Part shown: piece after piece, positions 1 through 11,352 of the stretch
How the letters are laid out: every line of letters starts with the position of its first letter
Position numbering within the stretch: position 1 is the stretch's first letter
Assembly (NCBI GenBank): GCA_951406725.2
Contig: OX597814.1
Location: forward strand, 140,182,001 to 140,246,000
Reading direction: 5' to 3'
DNA: 64,000 nucleotides
From: Octopus vulgaris
Lineage: Eukaryota
Program-made: the position numbers and the translations under genes
Notes under the pieces: generated by a model
Told to the model about the DNA's origin: nothing
Database searches by the model: none
What the model saw: the letters and a program-made list of their open reading frames with translations, nothing else

Positions 1-91
1 GAAATCCAGGGTAACCCCATAGTCCAGCTATAACTATCTTTATCTAATTACTCTGTTGCTCTATAACTTAGAATGTGCTTCTCTTTCGGAT

Positions 92-400
92 TTGGCACAG
101 AAAAAGCACTATTCGAACATGGTCGTTGCCAGTGCTGCCTGACTGGCTCTTGTGCCAGTGGCACGTAAAAAGCACCATTCGAGCGTGGTTGATGCCAGTA
201 CTGCGTGACTGGCCCTCGTGCTGGTGGCACATAAAAAGCACCCAGTACACTCTCAGAGTGGTTAGCATTAGGAAAGGCATCCAGCAGTAGAAACTTTGCC
301 AGATCGGAGTGGAGCCTGGTGCAGCCTTCTGACTTGCCAATCCTCAGTCAAATACCGTCCAACCCATGACAGCATGGAAAGCAGACGTTAAACGATGATA
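92..400 (+). mobile_element. 5'-truncated RTE-LINE 3' end (3'UTR with ~66-bp internal tandem units and (GAT)n tail)
   Basis: Units TGGCACxxAAAAAGCACC...GCCAGT-loop-ACTGGC start at ~93, ~159 and ~225, followed by ...CCAACCCATGACAGCATGGAAAGCAGACGTTAAACGATGAT. The same sequence recurs at 5630-6240, 17618-17900 and 55918-56290. Confidence 0.75.
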
Positions 401-462
401 ATGATTATATAATTATATATATATAATCTCTCCTTCTTTCTCTCCTTGTTTTTTTCTGTGTA

Positions 463-500
463 TCTTTCTGTCGAAGAGCGTAGGCTCAAAACGTAAAAGA
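463..500 (+). ncRNA. Degenerate minimal type I hammerhead ribozyme motif (Penelope-like), probably inactive
   Basis: TCTTT|CTGTCGA|A|GAGC-GTAG-GCTC|AAAAC|GTA|AAAGA: stem I TCTTT/AAAGA, stem II GAGC/GCTC, GUA triplet. The core deviates from CUGANGA/GAAA at two positions. Confidence 0.45.
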
Positions 501-889
501 CTTTTTCTATTCCTGAGCGTTATACTAATACATCTGTTTGTTTGTACTCCACCTGCCTTCGTCTTTTGTTTATTTTCATAAACTTACCCTTTATATATAT
601 ATATATATATATACATACACACACACACACACACATGTACATCATTTTTACATCTGTTCCTTGCTAGCATAGGTTGGATGAGCCAAGTCAGTTGTTATTT
701 GGAGTTACTCTCATTCCTTTGCAGATCAGGGACTATGTCTCATATATTCCAATTTGCCATATTTTCTACAATTCGATAGCCTTCCTATCATTAGTCTTTT
801 CACAGAGTGTACTAGATGGTGAACATCTTGTGTTTGTATGTATGTGCAGTCTCTCTGTCTGTCACTCTCTCGATTTGTGTGTGTGTCCC

Positions 890-1000
890 TTTCCTTCCAG
901 CACCAAAATATACTGTGGCCAAAAGAGGTTGAATGTCCATTCAGCTGTGCCAAATCATCAGCCCACAAGCAACTACACCTGATCATCTCACTCCATACAT
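890..1000. repeat. Unclassified dispersed repeat (second copy at ~59940-60050)
   Basis: CCAGCACCAAAATATACTGTGGCCAAAA...CATCTCACTCCATAC aligns by eye with CCAGCACCAATAAAGTACTGTCACCAAAA...ATCACTTCATTCCATAC at 59942-60048. Confidence 0.55.
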
Positions 1001-1659
1001 ACATACACACATACACACACGTACAGACATGCATAAATTCATGCATTCAAGAACACATGTGTGCATACACACGCACACACACACACACATATATAAGCAT
1101 TAAAATGTCAGCTAGCTCTTATATCTTCTCAACATTTCCATTTAAAAATCAGTGTAATAACCTGGATATAACTTGTATTATATAACTGTGGTTTCAAGAA
1201 GATACATAAAAAACAACTTAACACCTTACTAATCAGTAATCCATTATCTGTGATAACTGCCCATGTTTCAGATGATAAATCTGAGATTTGTGTAAAACGC
1301 ATGCAGTCAGTATACAAATTATTCTCTGGTGAGTAACAAATCAAAAGGTTACAAAAGGTGACATTAGAACACAAATTCATGCACCACACACATGCACACA
1401 CACATACACACACACACACACATATGGAGAGAGAGTAAGGGAGAGAGATAGACACACACACACACACACATGCATATATACACATATAAATATATAGGCA
1501 CACCAACAATAGCAACATCTCTACCCACTTTTTCAAGCTATAATACTAAGTTTTGGTTATGGCACGAAAGATTTCAAAATACAACTGCTTGTTCTGGTAA
1601 GTTCAAAGCTTAAGGAAAGTAATCTAATAATAATGATGATGATAATGATGATGATGATG

Positions 1660-1885
1660 ATATTGGTTTCAAATTTTGGCACAAAGCCAGCAGTTTTTGA
1701 GGAGAATGGGAAGTTGATTACATCGACCCCCCCCCCTCCCCCAGTACTTAACTGGTACTTTTTTTTATATCTCCAAAGAATGAACAGCAAAGTTGTCCTC
1801 AGTAGAATTTGTACTCAGGACATAAAGATGGACAAAGTGTCATAACATGTTGTCTGGTGTGATAATGGTTCTGCCAGCTCACTGC
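1660..1885 (-). mobile_element. tRNA-derived SINE, family C (Deu/Nin-like central domain)
   Basis: Reverse strand reads GAGCTGGCAGAA...TGAGTACAAATTCTACTGAGGACAACTTTGCTGTTCATTCTTTGG...AGTACCAGTT. More than 20 related copies occur in the window. Confidence 0.7.
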
Positions 1886-1929
1886 ATTGATGATGATGAT
1901 GATGATGATAATGATGACGACGACGATGA

Positions 1930-2430
1930 TTGTTTTGTCCTAGTATAAAAGACAAGCTGCAGCAAATATTCTGCTCAATACTATAGATTTGCTTGTCAGC
2001 TGTTTGACCTTAACCAGTTGAGCATGTTCCTTAGTGGCTGACAATATATGCATCCCTGATCATGAGCAGAAGTAGTGGGGGAGCATCATAGCCATGTGTT
2101 AAGAGGAATTCTTTGGAGTTTGGATAATTCATCTTTGGAAACATGGGTGTTTCATTCAACATCCTTAAACAGCCCTTACTCAGAGACCTTTTGAACAGGA
2201 AAGGCTACTCAACGTGAAGAAAATTCTTGGGCCCCACCTGCAAGGTCATGTGCTGTTTATGTTATGAGGTCACCATGTCGTGCACATATGGTTGTGTCGC
2301 ACGTACCTGGTGTACCCTTATCAGACAGGTAATCTTGATGGGTATACTGGACTTCGTATATTTTTCCCCAGTGTCACTTTGATGGCCGGCACTGTTCTCT
2401 CACTCAATAATAATACTAATAATAATAAAA
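1930..2430 (+). mobile_element. Non-coding retroposon, family D (~540 bp when complete), with (TAA)n tail; 5'-truncated copy
   Basis: Closely matches the reverse complement of 42443-42995, 51108-51645 and 57595-58020. Ends CTCTCACTCAATAATAAT. Confidence 0.75.
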
Positions 2431-2736
2431 TATATATACGTATATATGTATGTATAAATATAAACAAATATGCATACACACACATATTGAAGAAGTAGAG
2501 CTCCTTTTAGAGAAATAGAGTTATCTTCCTAACCCTATTTTCATGACTGATTAATACACCCATAAAAACACTTTATACTAATAATCATTTTAATATCATT
2601 CTACAGCCCCATAACCTAGCAGTTCTGCTAAAGAAATCAACAAAATACCAAACTTTAGAAAAATTAGTTCAACTAAACCCTATAAGGCAATACCCCAGTG
2701 TAGCCACAGTCCAATAACTGAAACAAATAAAAGATA

Positions 2737-2776
<40 letters not shown>

Positions 2777-3401
2777 TAAAAGTCAGTTTCAATCTTGCTT
2801 GCCTGCTTGTAATGTTAATCAGTAAAACTGGTGCACAATGGGAAAATACCATGAATTAAGTTTACCCTGAAATGTTAATATGAATTGAATGAAACAAGTT
2901 TTGCATAAATCGGTAAAGTAGTTTTCAAGATATTAGACATTTTCAGGATATAAATACCCAAAATGGTGCATAATGGGAAAATGTTCCGAAAATAGTCTTC
3001 ATCCTGAAAGGGAAGAAACTCTTTTCTTTCTTTTAGACAGTGAGTTGAGAATGGGGAAAAAAAACAATTTTTTTTTTCTTTTTACAATTTCTATTTTTGC
3101 ATTTGTTAAACACAATATTTTAATCATTTAGAAATATTTTTAAGTGAATGTGATTTCACAAACATAAGCTGTTTGTACAGTAAGTATGTATATTTTAGCT
3201 TTCTTTAAACAGACAATATTTCAATGTTATTTAAAATTATTTTCAAGTGAATACCATTGCAAAAATTTTGGGGGGCATATTTAAAAAATATTCTAAAGGG
3301 AAAATGACTTAAAAAAATATAGTAGACATTTCGTAAAAGATCTGTTCATAATCTCAGTGTGAAATAGTTTTTTTCGAGTGCATTTAACATATCTCCCCTC
3401 C

Positions 3402-3520
3402 AAAGATTTAGCTGCTATTTCTAGCATGCCTTGCTACCATGTAATAGCTATTTGCGATAAAGGACCCAAAATACCTGTTATGTGGTAGCAGGGCGTGCAA
3501 GAAATAGCAGCCAAATCTTT
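3402..3520. repeat. ~119-bp imperfect palindrome (53/54-bp arms, 12-nt loop)
   Basis: Left arm 3402-3454 AAAGATTTAGCTGCTATTTCTAGCATGCCTTGCTACCATGTAATAGCTATTTG matches the reverse complement of the right arm 3467-3520. Confidence 0.9.
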
Positions 3521-3736
3521 CCAACCCACTAAACAAAACTCTGTTGCTGGGAAACTCAGAGTTTCCTAGTGACACAATGGGTCACGGGTAATCTGTTATA
3601 TATATATAGATAGATATACATGTAAACATGAGTGAGCAGGGGTTTTACCTTTTTTACTTTAGTAAGGACATTTTGTGTTTTCTTATCAGTTCTTTGTATT
3701 CAAAACATACAAACTCTCTGCTTCATGTGAACTCTC

Positions 3737-4117
3737 TTTACTCTTTTACTTGTTTCAGTCATTTGACTGCGGCCATGCTGGAGCACCACCTTTAGTCAAG
3801 CAAATCGACCCCAGGACTCATTCTTGGGAAGCCTAGTACTTATTCTATCGGTTTCTTTTGCCGAACCGCTATGTTACGGGGACGTAAACACACCAGCATC
3901 GGTTGTCAAGCGATGTTGTGGGGACAAATACAGACATACAAACATATACACACACATACATATATATATAGATACATATATATGACGGGCTTCTTTCAGT
4001 TTCCGTCTCCCAAATCCACTCACAAGGCTTTGGTCAGCCCAAGGCGCCATGCAGTGGGACTGAACCCAGAACCATGTGGTTGGTAAGCAAGCTACTTACC
4101 ACACAGCCACTCATGCA
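3737..4117 (-). mobile_element. tRNA-derived SINE, family A (CORE-like), with small internal deletion
   Basis: Minus-strand head GAGTGGCTGTGTGGTAAG (A box)...GGGTTCAGTCCC (B box), internal (TA/TG)n, tail GACTGAAACAAGTAAAAGAGTAAA. Lacks the ~25-bp segment between the CCCGAGG and CCCAAGG motifs present in other copies. Confidence 0.85.
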
Positions 4118-4970
4118 CTACAATTCTCTTAATAAAATTCTTAGTTTCTATAACTGAGCAAACTAATTTTGAGGATAAATTGGTTATTGTCGGTATGTTA
4201 CTGCCATTATATAATAAACAGGAATTATATGATTGATATGATATTGTGTCACTATTGCTGGATTTCAAATTTTGACCATCAACAACTCCAGATCTCCTTC
4301 AGGAATCAGGAAGTGGCTATTGTTTATTACTAGCACACTCTATCAGTGTGTTAATATTTGCCTTGCATTTTCCTATTAATATAGCTTACATGATTAATCT
4401 TTACCTCATGAGGGATTTTAAATCAAATGGTTGCACTATCAACTGATGTTTTCCTATCTAGTTTTATTTTGTGCTTCATGATGAATGTGTTCTAACGGCT
4501 CCTTGCTATAAATTGTATTTCAGTGAGCTGATGAAAAACAGTTGTATTTGTATGGCTAATGAGGAAGTTAAACAAGGAACCATTATTTTGGCTAATAGTT
4601 ATCTATTAATAATGTACTCTGGTAATGAAGAAAGACTATTTCCTGATCCCTGGAGTCAATGGACAACATTTCAAATACAGCAGTAATGGCAATAACACGC
4701 CACCAATAACCATTTCATTGAGCATAAAGATGTAGAAACATCAATGGACCTAGAAACTACACTACATTCCACATAAAATGGAATGGACTATTAAGGAAAT
4801 AGGAAAATCTTTAATAACAATATATCAGGTGAACTGTTAAGCAGTAAACTGTGTGGCCATTGGTTTTAAGTTCTTCTCCATTGTGCAGCACTTAGTGTAA
4901 TTGACTTCTACCCTAGTGGATTTGAGAGACATTGAATTTCTGGAAGTCTTCTTATGTATGTACATTTGTT

Positions 4971-5007
<37 letters not shown>

Positions 5008-5095
5008 CATGTATAATGTAAATAGCATTATATATCTGGACGTAGGTTTTCACTGGGTTTTTTGGTCAACTGTACTTATCAGCAAATCATGTGTG

Positions 5096-5496
5096 TTTAC
5101 TCTTTTACTTGTTTCAGTCATTTGACTGTGGCCATGATGGAGCACCGCCTATAGTCAAACGAATCAACCCCAGGACTTATTCTTACTAAGCCTAGTACTT
5201 ATTCTATCGGCCTTTTTTGCCAAACCACTAAGTTACGGGGACGTAAACACACCAGCATTGGTTGTCAAGCGATGTTGCGGGGACAAACACAGACACACAA
5301 ACCTATACACACACATACAAATATACATATATACAACGGGCTTCTTTCAGTTTCCGTCTACCAAATCCACTCAAGGCTTTGATCAGCCCGAGGCTATAGT
5401 AGAAGACACTTGCCCTATGTGCTACGCAGTGGGACTGAACCTGGAACCATGTGGTTCGTAAGCAAGCTACTTACCACACAGCCACTCCTATGCCTA
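5096..5496 (-). mobile_element. tRNA-derived SINE, family A, full length
   Basis: Same head, body and tail as 3737-4117 and 28277-28732. Confidence 0.85.
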
Positions 5497-5509
5497 TGGG
5501 AAGAAAGAC

Positions 5510-5628
5510 GTTTACAGCACCTAGGTTTCCTAAGCGGTCACCCGTCTAAGTACTAACTAAGCTCAACATTGCTTAACTTTGGTGATCGGACGAGAACAGG
5601 TGTTTTCAAAGTGATATGGCCATAAAAC
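5510..5628 (-). rRNA. 5S: 5S rRNA copy (full length, dispersed, probably a pseudogene)
   Basis: Minus strand GTTTTATGGCCATATCACTTTGAAAACACCTGTTCTCGTCCGATCACCAAAGTTAAGCAATGTTGAGCTTAGTTAGTACTTAGACGGGTGACCGCTTAGGAAACCTAGGTGCTGTAAAC (119 nt) is colinear with metazoan/mollusc 5S. Box A (AGTTAAGC) and box C (TTAGACGGGTGACC) are present. Several CpG>TpG/CpA changes; no TTTT terminator. Confidence 0.9.
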
Positions 5629-5629
5629 A

Positions 5630-6240
5630 ATATCATCATCATCATTATCTTCGTTCAACATCTGCTTTCCATGCTAGCATGGGTTAGATGATTTGACTGA
5701 GGACTGGCAAGCCAAATAGCTGCACAAAGCTCCAATCTGATCTGGCAGAGTTTCTACGGCTGGATGCCCTTCCTAATGCCAACCACTCTGAGAGTGTAGT
5801 GGGTGCTTTTACGTGCCACCAGCATGAGGGCCAATCAGGTGGTACTGGTAACAGCCATGCTCAAATGGTGTTTTTTATGTGCCACCTGCACTGGAGCCAA
5901 TCCAGCGGCACTGGCAATGACCTCACTCAAATGTTTTTTCATGTGCCAGTAAGGCGACGCTGGTAATGATCACGCTTGGATGGTGCTTTTTACGTACCAC
6001 CAGCACGGAAGCCAGTCAGCTGCTCTGGCAACAATCACACTCAGATGATGCTCTTTGTGCTCCACTAGCATGGATGCCAGTCATCGAATTTGATTTCAAT
6101 TTCACTTGCCTCAACAGGTCTTCGCAAGCAGAGTTTAGTGTCCAATGAAGGAAAGGTACGCATAAGTGGGCTGGTTACACCCCTTGCATAGGCCACGAGG
6201 TTACGGTCTCACTTGGCTTGCCGGGTCTTAAGCACATCAT
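5630..6240 (-). mobile_element. RTE-LINE 3' end: last ORF codons, tandem-unit 3'UTR and (GAT)n tail
   Basis: Minus strand begins ...GTGCTTAAGACCCGGCAAGCCAAGTGA (VLKTRQAK*), then the 3'UTR with repeated GCCAGT/TGGCAC units, and the tail AGCATGGAAAGCAGATGTTGAACGAAGATAATGATGATG. Confidence 0.75.
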
Positions 6241-7559
6241 GTTTAGTTAAACATGGTGATATTGTTTATTTAAATAATGATTCGTTATTGCATCTATAGG
6301 CAAGTGGTAAATAAAAATTCCAGTTTCATGCCTATTCCAGAGTTAAGTGAAATCAGTGTTTGTCATTGTCGTCACTGTCATCATCTAATGCATATTTTCC
6401 ATTTCATGCTGACAAAACCATACTTACTGAAAATTGAAAGTGATTCACTGTGTGATTCTTTACAAATTTCTTAATGTATCATTGCATACTTAACAAACTC
6501 TGGTATTGGATTGATGACCACTGGGCATTATGTATCATCATCATCATTATTTTAAAACATATTTCTTTGAAATCTGCATGAATCTGTAAGCATAATTTTA
6601 TGCCTACAAAGTATGTTAGATTTTTAAATTAACTATTGGAAGTTGAATCCTAATTCAAATCTTATTGATGTGAATTACATGGTTACTTAGCCTGCTAGAA
6701 ATAACAATAGAATTTCTTCAAATCACACCTTGAAGTGGATGGACACATTGGAAAGTGCAGTCATAGATGAACTGTATCTGAAAAAAAAATAAAACATTTG
6801 ATGGTCAGTATGATGAATATCTATCATTGAAGGTATGTTTGATCAAGGCTGTCCTATGGCTAAACAACTCATCAAAATTGTATTCTTACCAGCACTAAAT
6901 GAAGGTTTATTATTTTACATGACAAAGAAACTATAACATACTACATTTTGTATGTGTTAACTGTCAAGCATGTTCCAGTGAACTACTAAAAGTAATTGCA
7001 GAAAAATTAATTATAAATTAATTTTATGAGTAAATATAAGCATTAAATTTATATTTTTAATGAGTTGACTTTTAGAGAGGAAAATAAGGAAATATCATTA
7101 ATGATTATATATTAACAACACTATATAATCTAACCTGTAAATTATTAGTTTGAGACACTAATTAAGTTATTTTGGATAATTTTCAACACTATAATTATGA
7201 TAATAAGGATAATGGTTTTAAACAAAAGCCCCAAAATATTTCCCTACTTTATAAATGCATGTAATAATAATTTTGTTGATATCTATATTTTTCTCTTATT
7301 TAATATGGTATATTACTCTAATTATTTGATTTCATAAGAGTATTTAATATCATCAATTAAAAGTTCCTACTACAAAAAGCCTCCATCTACAATCATCTTC
7401 ATATGACCTAATAAGGCTGTAATAAGAATGTTTGTATTATAAAGTCTTTTATATTTAAGCTTAGCAGAAATAAGGTACTTGAAGACAATCTGAAAATGCA
7501 CCAACAACTGAAATGCAATATAGAGAGAAATACTATAATGGCTTCTATTCCTTGGAGTT

Positions 7560-7770
7560 AGTAGGTCTTATATCTCTTCCACTCAGACACTCCTGACTGT
7601 CTCGTCTCTCTCTACTACACTAACTCCTCAGGTTCAACCACTATGCCACATGCCTCCTCCAGAATGTCAGTCACCTGGAATCTCCCTGTTCTTGTCTTAC
7701 CTTCAAGTTTATACCTGCAACAGTTTAAATGGAACATTAATAGCATCAGTCTCACCAATCTCGGATGACC
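7560..7770 (+). mobile_element. Degenerate 3' end of an L2/CR1-group LINE ORF2
   Basis: Translation ...HASSRMSVTWNLPVLVLPSSLYLQQFKWNINSISL resembles the C-terminal 'R.WN.LP..V.P....LQ.FK..IN' motif. Confidence 0.45.
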
Positions 7771-8302
7771 TATAAAAACCAAAAGCACCACTGCCCCCTT
7801 TTCCAACTCCTGTAAATAAGTAAAAAAAAGTTGGGATTAATAGTTTGATGACTTTAAATTCTTCTAAGAATAAATCATTTTAAAAATATAGACAAGTATT
7901 GATTTAGAATCTCTTTTTATCTTAACAGTTGCCATTCTAATTTCTTATTTGAATCAAGTGTTAGGAAGGGTATCCAGCTATAAAATTATCTTTGTAGCTA
8001 CTCAAGGTAACACATTAGCCCATCTAATCTATACTATTATGCACAAACAGATATAAAAATGTTAAATTACAGGTACCTATTTTAGTAACCTCATTGAAAG
8101 AAGAAAGATCATGTTACACACACATCATTTCCTTTTGATAGTTTTTCTCTATTAAACATTTAAGGGCATATATTACAACTTTGTCAAGAGATTTCTTGAA
8201 CTCATTATAACTTGATTCTGCACCAAGGAAATACTCAGTTTAGTCCATAGATTATCAGCAATGTATACCAAAGTATGGTTCAATGCCTCTGTAGACATCA
8301 TA

Positions 8303-8345
<43 letters not shown>

Positions 8346-9034
8346 GCCAACCTATTATTTGAAGAACCAGTCATGCAGAAATATTTCTGATCACATGTTT
8401 TGGATAATGCTTTCACTATGCTTACACCACATGTACTTTGTGCATTGCATCCAAGAAAAATCACACTGAAGCAGCCACTACTCCACTAACACTTGCTATT
8501 GCTTTACTACAACTCATCTGAACCAATTTACTTCACATGCACCTCACCTCACCTCCCCCCACTCCATATCTTACCTACTTGGTACCACAGCAAATGCTAT
8601 ACACATTTAAAAAATTTTTTAACGTTTTCAGAGCTGCATATTGTTGAAACTCCTCCTCCTCCTCCTTTTGTCTTTCTATAAATCAGTGACTTTGGAACAT
8701 TCCACCTGAATAATAACCATCTCAGCATTACTCAACTCTCCATATTGTCTCGAACATCATCATCTGTAGATTATATCAGTAATAAATCTAATTGAGATTT
8801 GTAATGTGTCAGTTCATGTGACAGATAGTCACACTTTTTACATGAGGAAATATTTTTGCTATGTTACAAGAGGTTTGTTTTCATTAGTTAGCACATTCAC
8901 AGCAATAAAATTCATCTTCATATATTTAGATTTTTCACCTAATAATACTTGACCTCTTAATTTAAGAAATTACAACTTTAATCAACACACTTACAAAAGA
9001 TTTCTTCAATTTACATACATACATACGTACGTAT

Positions 9035-9360
9035 TTTTTTCAGCTTTGGGAATAGCCAAAAGTCACACAGAGCCAAATCTAGGGAGTAGGAAGCCTGATG
9101 AACAAGTGGTGTATTTTGCTTGACGAGGAATGCTTGGATGGCACGGGCAGAATGAGTGAGTGTGTTGTCATGGTAGAGTTGCCAGTTCTTTGCTGCTCAC
9201 AAGTCGGGTTGTTTTCACCACATGGCTTCATGGAGGCAATGAAGAACCTGCAGACAGTATTCTTTGTTAATTGTCTGACCTTGTGTTGCATATTCATGGT
9301 GCACAATACTTCTGTAGTCAAAAAAACAGGTTATCATTAGTTTAACATTGCTCACTGTCC
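9035..9360 (-). pseudogene. mariner (D34D) transposase fragment with in-frame stops
   Basis: Reads [104 protein letters not shown]. There are 34 residues between the HDN aspartate and the YSPDLAPCD-like aspartate. Flanked by TA-rich microsatellites. Confidence 0.92.
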
Positions 9361-9461
9361 ATATATACATACATATATATATATGTGTATATGTATATGC
9401 ATATATATATATATATATATAAATATATATATGTATATGTATATATATGTGTATATGTATA

Positions 9462-9509
<48 letters not shown>

Positions 9510-9883
9510 TATACATATACATAAACGTGGAGTCGACGAAACAGGGACAACTGAAGAAGAGGAATATTCCTTGTGTTATACGTCTTGTACTCTGTTTTTT
9601 CGTTGTTTGAAAAATAGTTTGTTTCCATGTTTTTGTTTTTATGCTTCCATTTCTCATTGTGTTCAACATTTTTTTTATGTCCTGTACCCATATATGCATG
9701 TATATATACATATAGATGTAGGTATGTACATATATGTATATATGCATATATTTATATATTATTTATATTATGATATATACATATATATACATATGATACA
9801 TATATATATATATATACACATGCATACATATGTGTGTGTATATACATATATGCATATTTGTGTGTGTGTATATATATATATAT
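9361..9883. repeat. Compound (TA)n/(TATG)n microsatellites interrupted by a ~165-bp unique segment (9525-9690)
   Basis: Visible directly in the sequence. Confidence 0.9.
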
Positions 9884-10401
9884 AAGCTTATTGAGCAAAA
9901 GTTTAAAAGATGTGTCTAGGATATTGATTAATGGACATCTGGAAATATCTTTGAATCTATAACAACTATTGTTACAAAAATCTTAAGTTAAATACTTTGT
10001 GTGTTTCGTTTTTCTAATTATTCCTCTATTTTTACCTTTTTTAATTATTCTTTTATTCTACCTTTTTATAGGATTTTAGTTTATTTTTGCAATTAACAAC
10101 TATGTCCCTCAACCACCCTATACATGAAAGATGACTTCAAGGATATTCTTACAATATATTAAGCAAAGATTCATTTTATTCAAAATTCTACAAGTTCGTA
10201 ATAAGTTGGGAGTGCATCCTTTCTGTATGCATTCTAATTAATTCATTATGTATGATAGTAAGAACAATGAATTTGTGAAGGTTGGCAGTTTTCTTGTTCA
10301 TTTCCTGGTTATTTTTGACATTAAGAGAAATTACTCTTTTTTCTCTTCTTTCTTTTGTTTTATTTTATTTTATTTTTTTTATTATCTCTCTTGCCCTGCA
10401 G

Positions 10402-10496
10402 ACATTGATATTACTATACGGTATGGATATAAACCTTTTTACCAGCCACAGTGTACAGATCTGGAAGACTTCTTTCTTCGTTCTTATTTCATCACT
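10402..10496 (+). CDS. Candidate exon after a strong acceptor; frame and 3' end uncertain
   Basis: ~70-nt AG-free polypyrimidine tract ending TTGCCCTGCAG (AG 10400-10401). Phase 1 reads DIDITIRYGYKPFYQPQCTDLEDFFLRSYFIT to a weak GTTAGA donor; phase 2 gives (R)H*. Confidence 0.3.
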
Positions 10497-10655
10497 GTTA
10501 GAATATATTCATATAGTGTTGCTTTTGTTTCCTTCCTTTCTAATTTCGATGTTATTTACCAGGAAATGAACATTTATATCATATTTCCTGAGAAGAGAAA
10601 ACATAATAAGCATGAATTTAGTTTCATTATATATATATATATATGCATATGCATA

Positions 10656-10697
<42 letters not shown>

Positions 10698-10900
10698 CAT
10701 ACATATATATATATAACTGAGCTTTTAATCAAATATCTGGCATCTAAATTAATGAATATCTTATATCTCTATGATTTCATTTTCAATAGCAAAGTATATA
10801 AAAGCAAAATAAATCTTTCTTTTAATCAATGGCATATTAGAAATTTGCCATAAGTATCCATTTTATAAGTTGATTGATATTTGATTTAAATTTGCATTTT

Positions 10901-10902
<2 letters not shown>

Positions 10903-10965
<63 letters not shown>

Positions 10966-11035
10966 TTGTGTATCTATGTGTGCGTGTGTGTATATATATA
11001 TATTTAATATGTATATATATATGTGTGTGTGTATG

Positions 11036-11069
<34 letters not shown>

Positions 11070-11084
11070 CATATATATATGTAC

Positions 11085-11115
<31 letters not shown>

Positions 11116-11151
11116 TATATATGTACATATATATATATATACATATATATA

Positions 11152-11198
<47 letters not shown>
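10903..11198. repeat. Compound (TA)n/(TG)n microsatellite
   Basis: Visible directly in the sequence. Confidence 0.95.
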
Positions 11199-11205
<7 letters not shown>

Positions 11206-11352
11206 AGTTTGCTACTATTTTTCAATTTCTGAAATGAATAGGCAAAAGATAATGCATGTGTATGCATACATATGCATTCAGTTGAATAGATTACTAAGGT
11301 CAGCAGAGTACAATGATAGAGTCAGATTAAAATATCATTCCCTATAATTTTC

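Noticed and set aside
92-245. Palindromic repeats with variable loops resembling a CRISPR array
   Set aside because: Eukaryotic context, no unique spacers, no cas genes; the units are part of a multi-copy LINE 3'UTR.
9528-9570. Hammerhead-like words CGAAAC and CTGAAGA; partial similarity to miR-981
   Set aside because: Only ~8 nt between the motifs, leaving no room for stems I/III or a cleavage triplet; the miRNA match lacks the seed and a hairpin.
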